From an uncultured Acidimicrobiaceae bacterium (GTDB lineage Bacteria > Actinomycetota > Acidimicrobiia > Acidimicrobiales > UBA8592): a stretch of DNA of 64,000 nucleotides. The stretch spans positions 754,069-818,068 of the forward strand of contig CAVQUE010000015.1 of the NCBI GenBank assembly GCA_963716795.1. Reading direction: 5' to 3'. Below, one piece after another: positions 1 through 10,174 of the stretch. Positions within the stretch are counted from its first letter, which is position 1. Each line of letters begins with the position of its first letter. The notes beneath the pieces were generated by a model, which worked only from the letters and a program-made list of their open reading frames with translations, searched no databases and was not told the DNA's origin. A program made the position numbers and the translations under genes.

Positions 1-701
1 CGCGGGGCGAAGGCTTCGGTGTCGATACCGATCGGCACCACGCTGATGCGGTCGAGATCGACCTCGTGGTCGGTGGCGATGTCGCGCTTGGACGACTCCG
101 AGACCGTCACGAACCGGCGGATATGGCGGCACACCCGCGTCTGCATGCGGCAGAACGCATACCAGCGGCGCTTGCCGAAGCGCTCGAAGACGGTGCGGGC
201 ACTCTCCAGCTCGAGGCGACGGTCGACGGTGATGGGGTGATGGATGACCCCGAGTACGGGCAGACCGAGCTTGCGTTGGATGGCCAGATCGCCGTAGCCC
301 AGGCATCCGTTGTCGATGACCAGATCGAACGCACCCGGTCGCTCGGCGAGGGCCCGGTAGGACCGGTAGGAGAACGCCACGGGTTCGGAGAAGTTGCCGG
401 TCATGAATGATCCGAGCTCGACGAGATCCGGCAGATCGTTGATCTCCCAGAAGCCCGGGATGCGGCCCGGATGGTGGTCGTTGTAGATCTCGAGGCTGGG
501 GAACTCGTGCAACGGCACCCGGGGGTCGAGGTCCGGGTACGGCGGGCCGCCGAAGACCTCGACATGGTGGCCGAGCTCGGTCAACGCCTTGCTCATCTCG
601 CGGACATACACGCCCTGGCCGCCCACGTGGGGTTTGCCCCGGTAGGCCAACATCGCGATGCGCAAGGGCGTATCAGCGTCGAGTGACGCAGTATCGGACA
701 T
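1..701 (-). CDS. Glycosyltransferase family 4 (GT-B fold), N-terminal part; 3' end runs off the window
   Basis: Own translation of the minus strand from ATG at 701-699: MSDTASLDADTPLRIAMLAYRGKPHVGGQGVYVREMSKALTELGHHVEVFGGPPYPDL... This is a typical GT4 N-terminal domain. The frame stays open to position 1, so it is absent from the ORF track. Confidence 0.75.
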   Translation of the reverse strand, partial: MSDTASLDADTPLRIAMLAYRGKPHVGGQGVYVREMSKALTELGHHVEVFGGPPYPDLDPRVPLHEFPSLEIYNDHHPGRIPGFWEINDLPDLVELGSFMTGNFSEPVAFSYRSYRALAERPGAFDLVIDNGCLGYGDLAIQRKLGLPVLGVIHHPITVDRRLELESARTVFERFGKRRWYAFCRMQTRVCRHIRRFVTVSESSKRDIATDHEVDLDRISVVPIGIDTEAFAP

Positions 702-890
702 GGCGTTCGGGTCCTCCCCGTCGGGGCGCCTCCGTCGGGGGCAATCGCGCTTAGAAAGATACCTGGCGGTAGGGCCAACGGCGACCGCCGCTCCCCGGTG
801 TCCGCCCCGTGCGCGGCACGGGTCTCGATGCTGCGACGGCGTCGTCGCGGCGATGTGCGCCGCGCGACCGAGGAGCGCTAGACCGGCGAT

Positions 891-1334
891 GTGCGAGCGT
901 TGGTGCAACGGGTGCTTCGAGCGTCGGTCCGTGTGGACGACGCCGTCGTCGGTGAGATCGGGCCGGGACTGTGCGTGCTGGTCGGTGTCACCCACGACGA
1001 CGACGCCGGGGTCATCGGCCCCATGGCCACCAAGCTCGCCAATCTGCGGATCTTCGACGACGACGCCGGCGTCATGAATCGGTCCGTGCTCGATGTGGGC
1101 GGTGCGATGCTGGTCGTGTCGCAGTTCACGCTGTACGGCGATGTCCGCAAGGGCCGCCGACCCTCGTGGACCGCAGCTGCGGCGCCCGAGGTAGCGGAGC
1201 CGTTGATCGATCAGTTGGTCGAGGCGCTAGCCGACACCGGGCTCACCGTCGCCACCGGTCGCTTCCGGGCCGACATGGCCGTCGAGCTGGTCAACGACGG
1301 GCCGGTCACCCTGCTGGTCGAGATCGATCCCTGA
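891..1334 (+). CDS. dtd: D-aminoacyl-tRNA deacylase
   Basis: 147 aa: MRALVQRV..SV...[11 protein letters not shown]...[16 protein letters not shown]...[19 protein letters not shown]...[10 protein letters not shown]. Full-length match to the Dtd signature. Confidence 0.95.
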   Translation: MRALVQRVLRASVRVDDAVVGEIGPGLCVLVGVTHDDDAGVIGPMATKLANLRIFDDDAGVMNRSVLDVGGAMLVVSQFTLYGDVRKGRRPSWTAAAAPEVAEPLIDQLVEALADTGLTVATGRFRADMAVELVNDGPVTLLVEIDP

Positions 1335-2894
1335 TCCGTCCGGCGTCGCCACGCCGGATCCGCCCTCGGGTGGCGCCGCGGCGGTGTCCTGGTCGTCGGG
1401 GTCGCGCCGCTGTCGGCGGCTCATCGCCCACGCGGCCGCCAAGGCGATGATCGCGCCCAGCAGCATCGGTGTGGGTCCGAGACGGGTCGCCAGCGTGGCG
1501 CCGCTGCGGAGTTCCACCGTGTCGGCCAGGACGGCTTGTTCGCTCACCGCGGTCCGTTGCAGCACGTTCCCGTCGGGATCGACCACGGCGCTGAATCCGG
1601 TCGGGGCGGCCTGGAGTACCCACCGGCCGGTCTCCATCGCTCGCAGGCGCGACGATGCGACCTGTTGGGTCTGCAGGATCGTGAGCCAGTAGCTCGAGCC
1701 GTTGGTCGGGTTGAGCAGGATCTCGGCGTCGTTGCCCATCGCGGCTCGGGCGCGGTCCTCGAAGAAGATCTCCCACGAGATCGACACGCCCATGGTCACG
1801 GGGCGGCCGTCGATCTCGATCGCGAGTTGGGCCGGTTCGGTGCCGGGCCGGGTGTCTCGTGCGGGCAGGTACGCCGGCGCCAGTGGTTCGATGAGGCTGC
1901 GGAGCGGGACGAACTCGCCGAAGGGGACGAGGCGGACCTTGTCGTAGCGTGAGACGGCCTCGCCTTCCGGCGAGAACGCGACCGACGCATTGGCGTTGGT
2001 GGTGGGATCGAGGCGCTCGAAGATCCCGGCGATCAGCCAGGCGTCGAGGTCCCGGGCCAGCTCCTGGAGCTCGTCCCATTCGCGGGTGCCCTCGACCAGC
2101 GTCGTGGTGTTGACGACGTCCTCGGGCCAGAGCACCAGGTCGACGGGGGTCTCGACCAGCTCCGACGCGGCGAGGTGGCGTTCGAACACGACCCGCTCGT
2201 CGGTGTTGATCGCACGGGTGCCCTGCGGTCCGCCGCCCTGGACGATGGCGATGTCGATGGTCTCGATCACCTCGCCCTTGGGGGCGACGCGAGCGAGGCC
2301 ACCGACGAGGACCACGCCGATCAGGATGGCAGCCCCCGTCGCCAACCGGCGCTCCCACAACGCCGAGAGAGCGATCCCGCCGGCCACCACGAGCGCTGCG
2401 AGGAGCAGCGGACCGAGGATGCGGACGGTCACCCCCAGCGGCGCATCGGACTGGCTCATCGGCAGCGTCGCCAGGGGCACGCCGCCGAATGGCCACCGCC
2501 ACCGGAGCGCCTCGACGAGCACGAAGGTCGCAGGTAGCGCCAGCCACCGCCAGCGGTCCGGAGGCACCGCCACGGTGGCGAGCCCGAAGAACGCGGTGAA
2601 GATCAGACCCTGCGCGAAGTAGCCCGGCAGGGTCAGGTCGATCATCCAGAACGTCGACGGGAACAACCAGCCCGCCGCGAACCCGCAACCGATCGCCGCC
2701 CGGCTTCTCGCCGGGCGCCCTGCGATCAGTCGATCGAGCAGCGCAAAGGCCACGAACGCCAGGGGCCACCAGCCCCATGGGGGCATCGAGAAGGCGAGCA
2801 ACGCACCCGCACCGAGCGGGGCGAGCAGCGCACGAACGCGGGACGTGGCGGTCACGGCCGCCAATGCTGGCAGGCCCGTCCCCGAATTACTCAT
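1227..2894 (-). CDS. lnt: Apolipoprotein N-acyltransferase homologue (multi-TM N-terminus plus CN-hydrolase domain); the catalytic Cys position reads Ser
   Basis: C-terminal CN-hydrolase motifs [20 protein letters not shown] and [11 protein letters not shown], with hydrophobic N-terminal helices. Start placed at the internal ATG 2894 (MSNSGTGLP...) because the upstream part of the 620-aa ORF overlaps the SDR start region. The 3' end overlaps dtd by 108 bp, convergent. Confidence 0.8.
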   Translation of the reverse strand: MSNSGTGLPALAAVTATSRVRALLAPLGAGALLAFSMPPWGWWPLAFVAFALLDRLIAGRPARSRAAIGCGFAAGWLFPSTFWMIDLTLPGYFAQGLIFTAFFGLATVAVPPDRWRWLALPATFVLVEALRWRWPFGGVPLATLPMSQSDAPLGVTVRILGPLLLAALVVAGGIALSALWERRLATGAAILIGVVLVGGLARVAPKGEVIETIDIAIVQGGGPQGTRAINTDERVVFERHLAASELVETPVDLVLWPEDVVNTTTLVEGTREWDELQELARDLDAWLIAGIFERLDPTTNANASVAFSPEGEAVSRYDKVRLVPFGEFVPLRSLIEPLAPAYLPARDTRPGTEPAQLAIEIDGRPVTMGVSISWEIFFEDRARAAMGNDAEILLNPTNGSSYWLTILQTQQVASSRLRAMETGRWVLQAAPTGFSAVVDPDGNVLQRTAVSEQAVLADTVELRSGATLATRLGPTPMLLGAIIALAAAWAMSRRQRRDPDDQDTAAAPPEGGSGVATPDGSGIDLDQQGDRPVVDQLDGHVGPEATGGDGEPGVG

Positions 2895-2964
2895 CGAGAC
2901 TCCCTGCGGCCTGGTCCGACCCGGTGGATTGCCGAGACGGGGCCGAGCACTACGCTCGCCGGGC

Positions 2965-3726
2965 ATGGTGCGACTCGATGGCAAGGTGTTCGTGATCACG
3001 GGCGGCAACGGGGGCATCGGCCTCGGCATGGCCGAGGGGATCGCCGATGCCGGCGGCACCCCGGTGGTGTGGGGCCGTCGCGAGGACAAGAACGCCGAGG
3101 CGCTCGAGCGGCTCCGTGCCCGCGGCGCGATGCAGGCCCGGTCCTACGTCTGCGACGTCAGCGAGCCCGCCCAGGTCACCGAGGCCATGGACCGCACCAT
3201 CGCCGAGGCCGGGCGCCTCGATGGACTGTTCGCCAACGCCGGACGTGGCGGAACCGGGACCTCGTTTCTCGACCTGTCGCTCGACGAGTGGCGCGCCGTC
3301 ATGGCGGTCAACCTCGACGGGGTGTTCCTGTGCCTCCAGGAAGCGGCGCGTCGCCTGGTCGCCCAGGGCGAGGGCGGCAGCCTGGTCGGCGTCTCCTCGA
3401 CGTCGGCGATCCACGGGGCGGCGGGCAACGAGGCCTACGGGACCGCGAAGACCGCTGTCGTCGGCCTGGTGCGCGCGTTGGCCGTGGGCCTCGCCCGTCA
3501 CCAGGTCCGCGTCAACGCCCTGCTGCCGGGCTGGACCGTCACCGAGCTCGCGACGCCGGCGTTCGAGAACGACCGCTTTCGCGACGTGACGACGCGCCGG
3601 ACGCCGGTGCGACGATGGGCCGACCCGTCGGAGTTCCGCGAGATCGGCGCCTTCCTGGCCGATCCGAGCCTGACGTTCCACACCGGCCAGGAACTCACCG
3701 CCGACGGCGGCTACACGGTCTTCTGA
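2965..3726 (+). CDS. Short-chain dehydrogenase/reductase (FabG-like)
   Basis: MVRLDGKVFVITGGNGGIGLGMAEG (TGxxxGxG), NAG, SS..A..G....AYGTAK (YxxxK). Start at ATG 2965 inside the 2845 ORF. Confidence 0.9.
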   Translation: MVRLDGKVFVITGGNGGIGLGMAEGIADAGGTPVVWGRREDKNAEALERLRARGAMQARSYVCDVSEPAQVTEAMDRTIAEAGRLDGLFANAGRGGTGTSFLDLSLDEWRAVMAVNLDGVFLCLQEAARRLVAQGEGGSLVGVSSTSAIHGAAGNEAYGTAKTAVVGLVRALAVGLARHQVRVNALLPGWTVTELATPAFENDRFRDVTTRRTPVRRWADPSEFREIGAFLADPSLTFHTGQELTADGGYTVF

Positions 3727-5228
3727 CCCTCCGGGCCACGGGAGCTCGGCTCACCGGTCGGCGAGGTAGCCGGCGCCCAGGTCGCGTGGGTTCCGCAGCT
3801 GATGCGCTCGGGCAGCGCCACCGTGGCCACCGGCCCTGCGAGCGGCTCGGCCGCGTCGAAGATCATGCACGCCGAGCTGTCGGTGTTCATGTCCATGGTG
3901 TACGTCAGCAGGTACCCGTCGTCCTCGGCGGTCGATCCCGCTCGCGGGGCCATGACCGTCTCCGAGGCGAACACCCCGTCCGGGCAGCTCGATCACGTCT
4001 TCGCGGCCGGTCTCGACGTCGTGCTTCACGAAGCCGCCGAACCCGAACCACCCCTGCTCGGGCAGGGCGTTGTAGGCGTAGCGGTGGCGGCGCCCTCCGT
4101 GGCGGCCGTTGATCATCCCGAACTCCATCACCCGATCGGACAGCGGCGTCTCGGTGGTGGCGCCGGTGCGCAGGTCGAAGCGCCACCGGCGAGCCTCGGC
4201 CCCCATGGCGTGGAGGTCGAGGTAGCGGTAGAGGCTGGTCTGGAGATCGTCGCCGGGCTGGCGGTGCGGGCGACGGGTTGTGCTGGAAGAACCCGTCGAG
4301 GACGATCTCGTCGCCGTCTTCGTAGGCGTTGATCCAGTGCAGGACATAGGTCGGTTCGGCCTCGAACCAGCGGATCTCGTCGGTGGTGCCCCGGCGGGGC
4401 ACGATCGCGAATCGGTTCGGTTCGTCGGCGAAGAACCGCGGTGCGTAGGCGCCGGCTCGCAGTGCCTCGGGGTCCCAGAACATCGACGGCGGCGTTGAGG
4501 ATGGCGAAGTGCTCGGTGAAGGCCATGTCGTGGGGGAGCCGTGGCCCCGGCAGCGGCACGTCGATGTAGTGGACGAGCTCGCCTGCCCGGCGACACGACG
4601 CCGTAGTGCATGAACGGCGCGTCGGTGGAGTAGTTGAAGAACAGCAGCTCGCCGGTGTGCTCGTCGACCTTGGTGTGCGCCGATACGCCCTCGGCCGGGA
4701 AGCGGCCGTCCCAGGTCTCGGTGCCGAGGGTCTCGAGGGTCACCGGGTCGAGCCGGTAGAGGTCGCCGCACTGGTAGAAGCTCGTCAGCGCCACGCCGTT
4801 GTGCACCACGACGTCGGTGCTCGATGCATCCTTCATGCGGGTGCGCGCACCCCAGCCGTCGCGCCGTTTGGCCAGGCTCGGGCGCTCGGCCAACCCCGCC
4901 CACAGCGCCTCGCCCGGCCTCGAGTTCGGCCGTGAGCCCGGCCGTGCGCACGAAGCGATTGTGGTAGACGGCCTCGCCGCCCCCGAACGACAGCGAGTGC
5001 ACCATGCCGTCGCCATCGAAGGGGTGGTAGGTGCGAATCGATTCGAGCAGCGGGTTCTCGGTGTTGCGGAGGTACACGCCGTCGAGGTCGCTCGGGGATG
5101 GCCCCGTCGACATCGAGGTCCCAGGCCCGACGTTCGACGGTCTGCGGGCGCCACGGACCGCTGCGGTAGGGGTTCGTGTCGTCGTCGGGCAATGCCGACG
5201 GCAACTCGTCGAGGATCTCGACCTTCAC
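3711..5228 (-). pseudogene. Carotenoid cleavage oxygenase (RPE65/CCO family) broken by at least 5 frameshifts; either a pseudogene or uncorrected indels
   Basis: Family-typical segments lie in three different minus frames: VKVEILDELP..NPYRSGPWRPQTVE; DGVYLRNTENP..HPFDGDGMVH; VVVHNGVALTSFYQCGDLYRLDP..ELLFFNYS; LPHDMAFTEHFAILN; YVLHWINAYEDGDEIVLDG; MEFGMINGRH..GGFVKHD; EDDGYLLTYTMD..MIFDA..PVATVALPERI..GTHATW. GTG start at 5228 sits behind GGAGG. Confidence 0.85.
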
Positions 5229-5329
5229 GATGCGCCTCCGGTGGTCGGCTACGGCCGCCGGACAGTCGCCGGCCGTCCCGCCAGTGTTGCCGACCGGCGG
5301 TGTCGGGTGCACGGAGCATCGCGGACGTC

Positions 5330-5650
5330 TCAGAGTTCGCAGGCGTCGCCGTCTCCGGAATCGGCGCTCGCGTCGGAGAGTTCGACGGTCAGCTTCTTGC
5401 GCAGACCTCCGCCGGTGGTGATGACCATGCGCGAGGCCAGCCCCACGAGCTTCGGGGTCACGAGCACGCGTACGCCGTCGACGTCACTGGTCACGCGGCG
5501 GTACGGCTGGAGGTTCTTGCCCTTGACGTTGGTGTCGACCGACACCTCGGCGACCTTGCCTCAACCGGTGGGACGGATGTAGTCCACGGTCATCGTGCCG
5601 CCGCGCTTGCGCAGCAGCGAGGCAGCTTCGTCGGTCAGTTCGATACGCAT
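5330..5650 (-). CDS. Small (106-codon) protein with an in-frame TGA at codon 30; candidate selenoprotein, otherwise a nonsense-interrupted gene
   Basis: ATG 5650 is preceded by GAGGA (4-nt spacer). MRIELTDEAASLLRKRGGTMTVDYIRPTG-TGA-GKVAEVSVDTNVKGKNLQPYRRVTSDVDGVRVLVTPKLVGLASRMVITTGGGLRKKLTVELSD... The track ORF 5330..5545 is the in-frame continuation. TGA is at 5563-5561. Confidence 0.5.
5531..5546 (-). other. SECIS-like hairpin 14 nt downstream of the in-frame UGA
   Basis: The minus strand reads GGUGUC-GGUC-GACACC: a perfect 6-bp stem with a GGUC tetraloop. The apical loop is 20 nt from the UGA. The GGUC loop is also the apical loop of the E. coli fdhF SECIS. Confidence 0.4.
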
Positions 5651-5731
5651 GGGTTCCTCGTTGGATCGGCGGGGGTCTCCGGCCGATCGGCCGGTGAGCG
5701 TGGATGTCCTCAACCCGCAGCGGGGCGACTG

Positions 5732-7257
5732 TCATTCCGATGCGGGTCGGCTCGGTGGTGCGGCGTCGGCGGGGTCGCCGCCTCGGCCCTGCTCGTAGGT
5801 GGGCACGCGTTCGGAGTGCGGCGACGCGCGCCTGATGCGTGCACAGGCCGGCAGCCCCAGGCCTCGGTAGGCGGCTCCTGCGACGAAGAGGCCGGGTGCG
5901 TCGTCCTCGAGGATCTCGTCGATCGCGCCGACCCGATCGAGGTGGCCGGGGCGGTACTGCGGGAACGACGCAGGCCAGCGGGTGATGCGGGTCTCGACCG
6001 GGACGGCCTCGACGCCGGCGGTGGCCGCGAGCTCGTCCAGGAGCGTGGTGATGAGGGCGTCGTCGTCGAGCGCGAGGGCTCGTTCGTCGTCGGCGTGGCC
6101 GGCGGAGCACACGAAGAAACGTCAGGTCTTCGCGTGCGAGGTGGGGCCATTTGGCCGATGCCCACGAACACGCCGTCATCGTGAGGCCGGCCTGGCGAGG
6201 GACGAGGAAGCCGCTTCCGGTGAAGGGCGGCATCGAGCGCGCCGGGAAGGCAAAGGTCACCATGACGACCGAGGCGTAGGGGATGCCCGCGAGCAGCGTC
6301 GCGGCATCGGGCGACACGCCCCGGACCAGATCGGCTGCGGCGAAGGACGGGGTGGTCAGCACCACCGCGTCGGCGTCGAAAGGTGGGTGACCGTCGGCGT
6401 GGACCAGCCAGGCGCCCTCGTGTCGCTCGAGCGAACGCACCGGCGTGTGGGTGCGCAGCGCCGGTCCGAGCCGCAGCGGCGAGGGTGTCGATCACCCGGC
6501 CGACACCATCGGGATGGGTCAGAAAGATCGGCGAATCCGCAGGTCGGGCGTTGCGGGCCAGGTGGCCGTTGATCGAGCGGACGAGGCTCGGATCGTGGCC
6601 GATCGCGGCTGCGAGCTGGGGGAGTCCGGCGGCCAGGCTCAGCTGGTCGGGGTCGCCTGCGTTGATGCCGCCGAGCAGCGGGGCGACCAGGGTGTCCATC
6701 ACCGCGTCGCCGAGGTGGCGGCGGATGACCTCGCCGACGCTCTCGTCGTCGGGCTCTTCGTCGACCCAATCGTCGGCGTCACCGTCGTCGAGGTGGTCGA
6801 CCGGCGGATCGTCCGCGCTGCGGTCGGTGACGTCGTGCTCGCCGTCACGAGGCGTCCGGGCCCCGATGCCGTCGAGATCGCGGCGCGCACGGGCGATGCC
6901 CTCGGGATCGAGGATCCCGGTGGCTTCGAGCTCGTCGAGGTCCAGCGGCACACCGAGGTACTGGCGGCGAGGGAGCGGCACGAGCGCGTCGTCGAGCCAC
7001 AGCGACGCCTGTCCGGTGGCAGGCGGGACGAGTGCGTCGGCGAGGTGCAGCTCGGTGGCCAGGTCGGTCATGTGCTTCTCGCGCACGAGGAACGCGTCGG
7101 GCCCGGCGTCGATGCGCACGCCGGCGACCTCGGTGGTCAGGACCTTGCCGCCCGGGCGGTCGGACGCTTCGAAGACGATGACGTCGACGCCGTGGGTCTG
7201 GAGGGTGTGTGCGGTCACGAGGCCGGTGATGCCGGCGCCGATGACGGCGACCGTCAT
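5732..7257 (-). pseudogene. hemY: Protoporphyrinogen/coproporphyrinogen III oxidase (HemY/CgoX type), interrupted by 2 frameshifts
   Basis: MTVAVIGAGITGLVTAH..VFEASDRPGGKV (FAD fold) in the 5710..7605 frame. It continues as MRSLERHEGAWLVHADG..VVLTTP..ASVVMVTFAF..GSGFLVP in the 5484..6440 frame, and as ...RWPASFPQYRPGHLDRV..GLFVAGAAYRGLGLPACI in the 5732..6112 frame. One shift lies near 6470-6475. Confidence 0.85.
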
Positions 7258-7330
7258 GGTCGGACGCTCTGGCGCCGAGAATGGTCGCTGTGGCGACCAT
7301 CCATGGCGCCGACCGGCGGTTTGTGCGGGC

Positions 7331-8380
7331 TCACGAGACTGCGCCTGCGACCGGATGGGCGTGCACGGTCTCCACCACCCGTTCGAGCACCGTCGGATCG
7401 ATGTCGGGGGTGACGCCGTGACCCAGGTTGAACACGTGCCCGGGATGACCGTTGTTGCGGGCCAACACATCGAGCACCTCGGCCTCGACCGCAGGCCACG
7501 GCGCACCCAGCACCGCGGGGTCGAGGTTGCCCTGCAACGCAACGTCCGGGCCCAGCCGCTCGCGCGCCGAATCGAGCGGCACTCGCCAGTCGACCCCGAC
7601 GACATCGGCGCCGGCGTCGCGCATGAGCTCGAGCAGCTCGCCGGTGGTCACTCCGAAGTGGATCCGGGGCACGCCGAAGGCGTCCAGGCGCTCGAACAGA
7701 TGCTGAGCCCAGGGCATCACGAAGCGCTCGTACTGGGCCGGGCTGAGCGCCCCCGCCCAGGAGTCGAACACCTGCACCGCCGACGCACCGGCCCCGATCT
7801 GACTCGCGAGCGACGCGAACGCGATGTCGGTGAGGCGCTCCATCAGCAGCGACCACAGCGCGGGGTCACCCAACATCAACGCCTTGGTCTTGTGGTATGT
7901 GCGTGACGGGCCGCCCTCGATCAGGTAGCTCGCGACCGTGAACGGGGCACCGGCGAACCCGATCAGCGGCACGTCGAGCTCCGCGACGAGCGATCGCACC
8001 GTCTCGATCACATAGGGAGTGTCGGCCTCGGGGTCGAGGGGTCGCAGGCGCTCCAGGTCCTCGGGACCCGCAAAGGGCCGTTCGGCGACGGGGCCGACAC
8101 CGGGCACGATGTCGACACCGAAGCCGATGGCGTGGACCGGCACGACGATGTCGGAATAGAGGATCGCGGCGTCGACGCCGTAGCGACGCACCGGCTGCAG
8201 CGTGATCTCGGTCGCCAGGTCGGGCACCTTGATGGCGTCGAGGATGCTGCCCGTGCCCCGGATCGCTCGATACTCCGGCAGCGAACGGCCGGCCTGGCGC
8301 ATGAACCAGACCGGGACCCGTTCGGGGACCTCGCAACGGCACGCGCGCAGGAACGGACTCTGGGACAGGTCGGCGGTCAC
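7331..8380 (-). CDS. hemE: Uroporphyrinogen decarboxylase
   Basis: [31 protein letters not shown] signature; full length. Start set at GTG 8380 because the longer ORF overlaps the upstream P450. Confidence 0.93.
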   Translation of the reverse strand: MTADLSQSPFLRACRCEVPERVPVWFMRQAGRSLPEYRAIRGTGSILDAIKVPDLATEITLQPVRRYGVDAAILYSDIVVPVHAIGFGVDIVPGVGPVAERPFAGPEDLERLRPLDPEADTPYVIETVRSLVAELDVPLIGFAGAPFTVASYLIEGGPSRTYHKTKALMLGDPALWSLLMERLTDIAFASLASQIGAGASAVQVFDSWAGALSPAQYERFVMPWAQHLFERLDAFGVPRIHFGVTTGELLELMRDAGADVVGVDWRVPLDSARERLGPDVALQGNLDPAVLGAPWPAVEAEVLDVLARNNGHPGHVFNLGHGVTPDIDPTVLERVVETVHAHPVAGAVS

Positions 8381-8405
8381 CCGACCAACGGTATTGGCAA
8401 CAGAC

Positions 8406-9713
8406 TCAGTCGCGGGCGCCGTAGCCGTGATCGCCGGATGCGCCCGCCGCCGAACCCAGCCGGTCCATCGGGATCGTGCCGAGCGACGGCGTCGGCGTGA
8501 ACCGCACCGGCATCGACTTGACCCCACCGATGAAGTTGGACCGCAGGTACGACGGGTCGCCGTCGAGGGCCAGGTCGGGCATCCGCTTCGCGAGCTCCCG
8601 GAACATCAGGCGAATCTCCATCCGGGCCAGGTTGGCGCCCAGACAGAAATGGGGGCCACCGCCACCGAAACCCACGTGCTCGTTGGGCTTGCGGGTGATG
8701 TCGAAGGTCCAGGGATCATCGAAGGCTCGGGGATCGCGATTGGCGGCGATGTGCCACATGACGACCTTGTCGCCGGCCTTCATCTGCACGCCGCCGAGCT
8801 CGTAGTCCTCCATGCACTGGCGCCGGAAGTTCAACACCGGCGTGGCCCAGCGCACGACCTCTTCGACCATCGTGTCCATGTGCGCCTCGGGGTCGGCGAC
8901 GAAGAGCTCCCACTGATCAGGGAACTCGAAGAAGCCGTGCATACCCCGGGTGATGGAGTTGCGGGTGGTCTCGTTGCCCGCAACACACAACACCAGGAAG
9001 AACATGTCGAACTCGGTCTCGGTCAGCTGCTCGCCGTCGATGTCGGCGTTGAGCAGCGTCGTGATGATGTCGTCGGCCGGCTTGTCGCGTCGCTCCTGCT
9101 GCAAGGCGTGGGAGTAGGCGTAGAGCTCGCCGAACGCAGCGCCGATCTCGTCGTGGCTGGTGACGAAGTCGGGGTCGTCGGTCCCGATCATGGTGTTGGT
9201 CCAGTCGAAGATCCTCGACCGGTCCTCCAGCGGGATCCCCAGCATCTCGGCGATGGCCTGGAGCGGCAGTTCGGCGGCGATGTCGGTGACGAAGTCCGCA
9301 CGGCCCGACTCGCAGACTGCGTCGAGGATCATCGCCGTGCGATTGTCCAGGTAGTCCTCGAGCAGCGCGATCATGCGCGGCGTGAAGCCCCGGTTGACGA
9401 GCTTGCGATAGCGGGTGTGGCGAGGCGGGTCCATCGACAGCAGCAGGTTGTCGCGCTGGAACTCGTCGACGGCACTGTCGGGGGCAGGTTCTTGCATCTG
9501 GGTGCCGCCGGCGTTCGACGAGAACAGGTTGGCCTGGCGGTTGACCTCTTTGAGATGGGCGAGCCGGGTGATCGCCCAGAAGCCCGGTCCGTGGTCGCCC
9601 TCGTCGACCCAGTGAATGCCGGGATCGGTGTCGCGCAAGCGGCCGAGGAACTCGTGGTGTTCCTGGCGCTGGAAGGCGTCCATGTCCCACAGGTCGATGT
9701 CGGTCAGCGTCAT
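8406..9713 (-). CDS. Cytochrome P450
   Basis: 435 aa with the haem-binding loop [16 protein letters not shown], an ExxR region and the I-helix AGNETT. Confidence 0.93.
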   Translation of the reverse strand: MTLTDIDLWDMDAFQRQEHHEFLGRLRDTDPGIHWVDEGDHGPGFWAITRLAHLKEVNRQANLFSSNAGGTQMQEPAPDSAVDEFQRDNLLLSMDPPRHTRYRKLVNRGFTPRMIALLEDYLDNRTAMILDAVCESGRADFVTDIAAELPLQAIAEMLGIPLEDRSRIFDWTNTMIGTDDPDFVTSHDEIGAAFGELYAYSHALQQERRDKPADDIITTLLNADIDGEQLTETEFDMFFLVLCVAGNETTRNSITRGMHGFFEFPDQWELFVADPEAHMDTMVEEVVRWATPVLNFRRQCMEDYELGGVQMKAGDKVVMWHIAANRDPRAFDDPWTFDITRKPNEHVGFGGGGPHFCLGANLARMEIRLMFRELAKRMPDLALDGDPSYLRSNFIGGVKSMPVRFTPTPSLGTIPMDRLGSAAGASGDHGYGARD

Positions 9714-9873
9714 GATTCCCCCTGGTCCGGTCCTGCGATCGTATCTGACGGCCTGTCAGGGCGCAGTCGGATCATCGGGCTGGTTGACACGGCCCCGTGC
9801 GCCGCTCCATCGACGATCACCCCGCTACAGCCGACGACGTGCCCCCGGCTGGGAGGCGCTCGATCTGGTCCCG

Positions 9874-10059
9874 GTGTCGTGGGCCGTCGCGATCGCCGAC
9901 GACTACGACGACGCCGAGCCACGGGTGGTGCTGATCGTCGAAGAGATCAGCCGACCGGGCACTGCATTCGCCGCCCACCTCGATCCGGCCCTCGCGCGAC
10001 GGCCGCGGTCGGCCCTGCGGGACGCGCTCGTCGAGTTCGGCGAAGCCCCCGGCGGCTGA
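9874..10059 (+). CDS. Possible small ORF (61 aa) upstream of helD; hypothetical
   Basis: GTG 9874: VSWAVAIADDYDDAEPRVVLIVEEISRPGTAFAAHLDPALARRPRSALRDALVEFGEAPGG. High third-position GC looks coding, but there is no good RBS spacing and no recognisable family. Confidence 0.2.
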   Translation: MSWAVAIADDYDDAEPRVVLIVEEISRPGTAFAAHLDPALARRPRSALRDALVEFGEAPGG

Positions 10060-10174
10060 AGAAGACCACGGACCAGCCGATAGAATTCACCCTCCCCTGT
10101 GGCGCAGCTGCAGGCAGAGACCCCCCAGGCCCGAACCCCCCGTCGGGCCCGCAGGCCGGCACCTGGCGCCGGCG

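Noticed and set aside
9714-10174. Rifamycin-associated element (RAE) upstream of helD, as seen with HelR-type genes
   Set aside because: I saw no GC-rich 19-bp palindrome of that kind in the upstream region. No resistance role is claimed.
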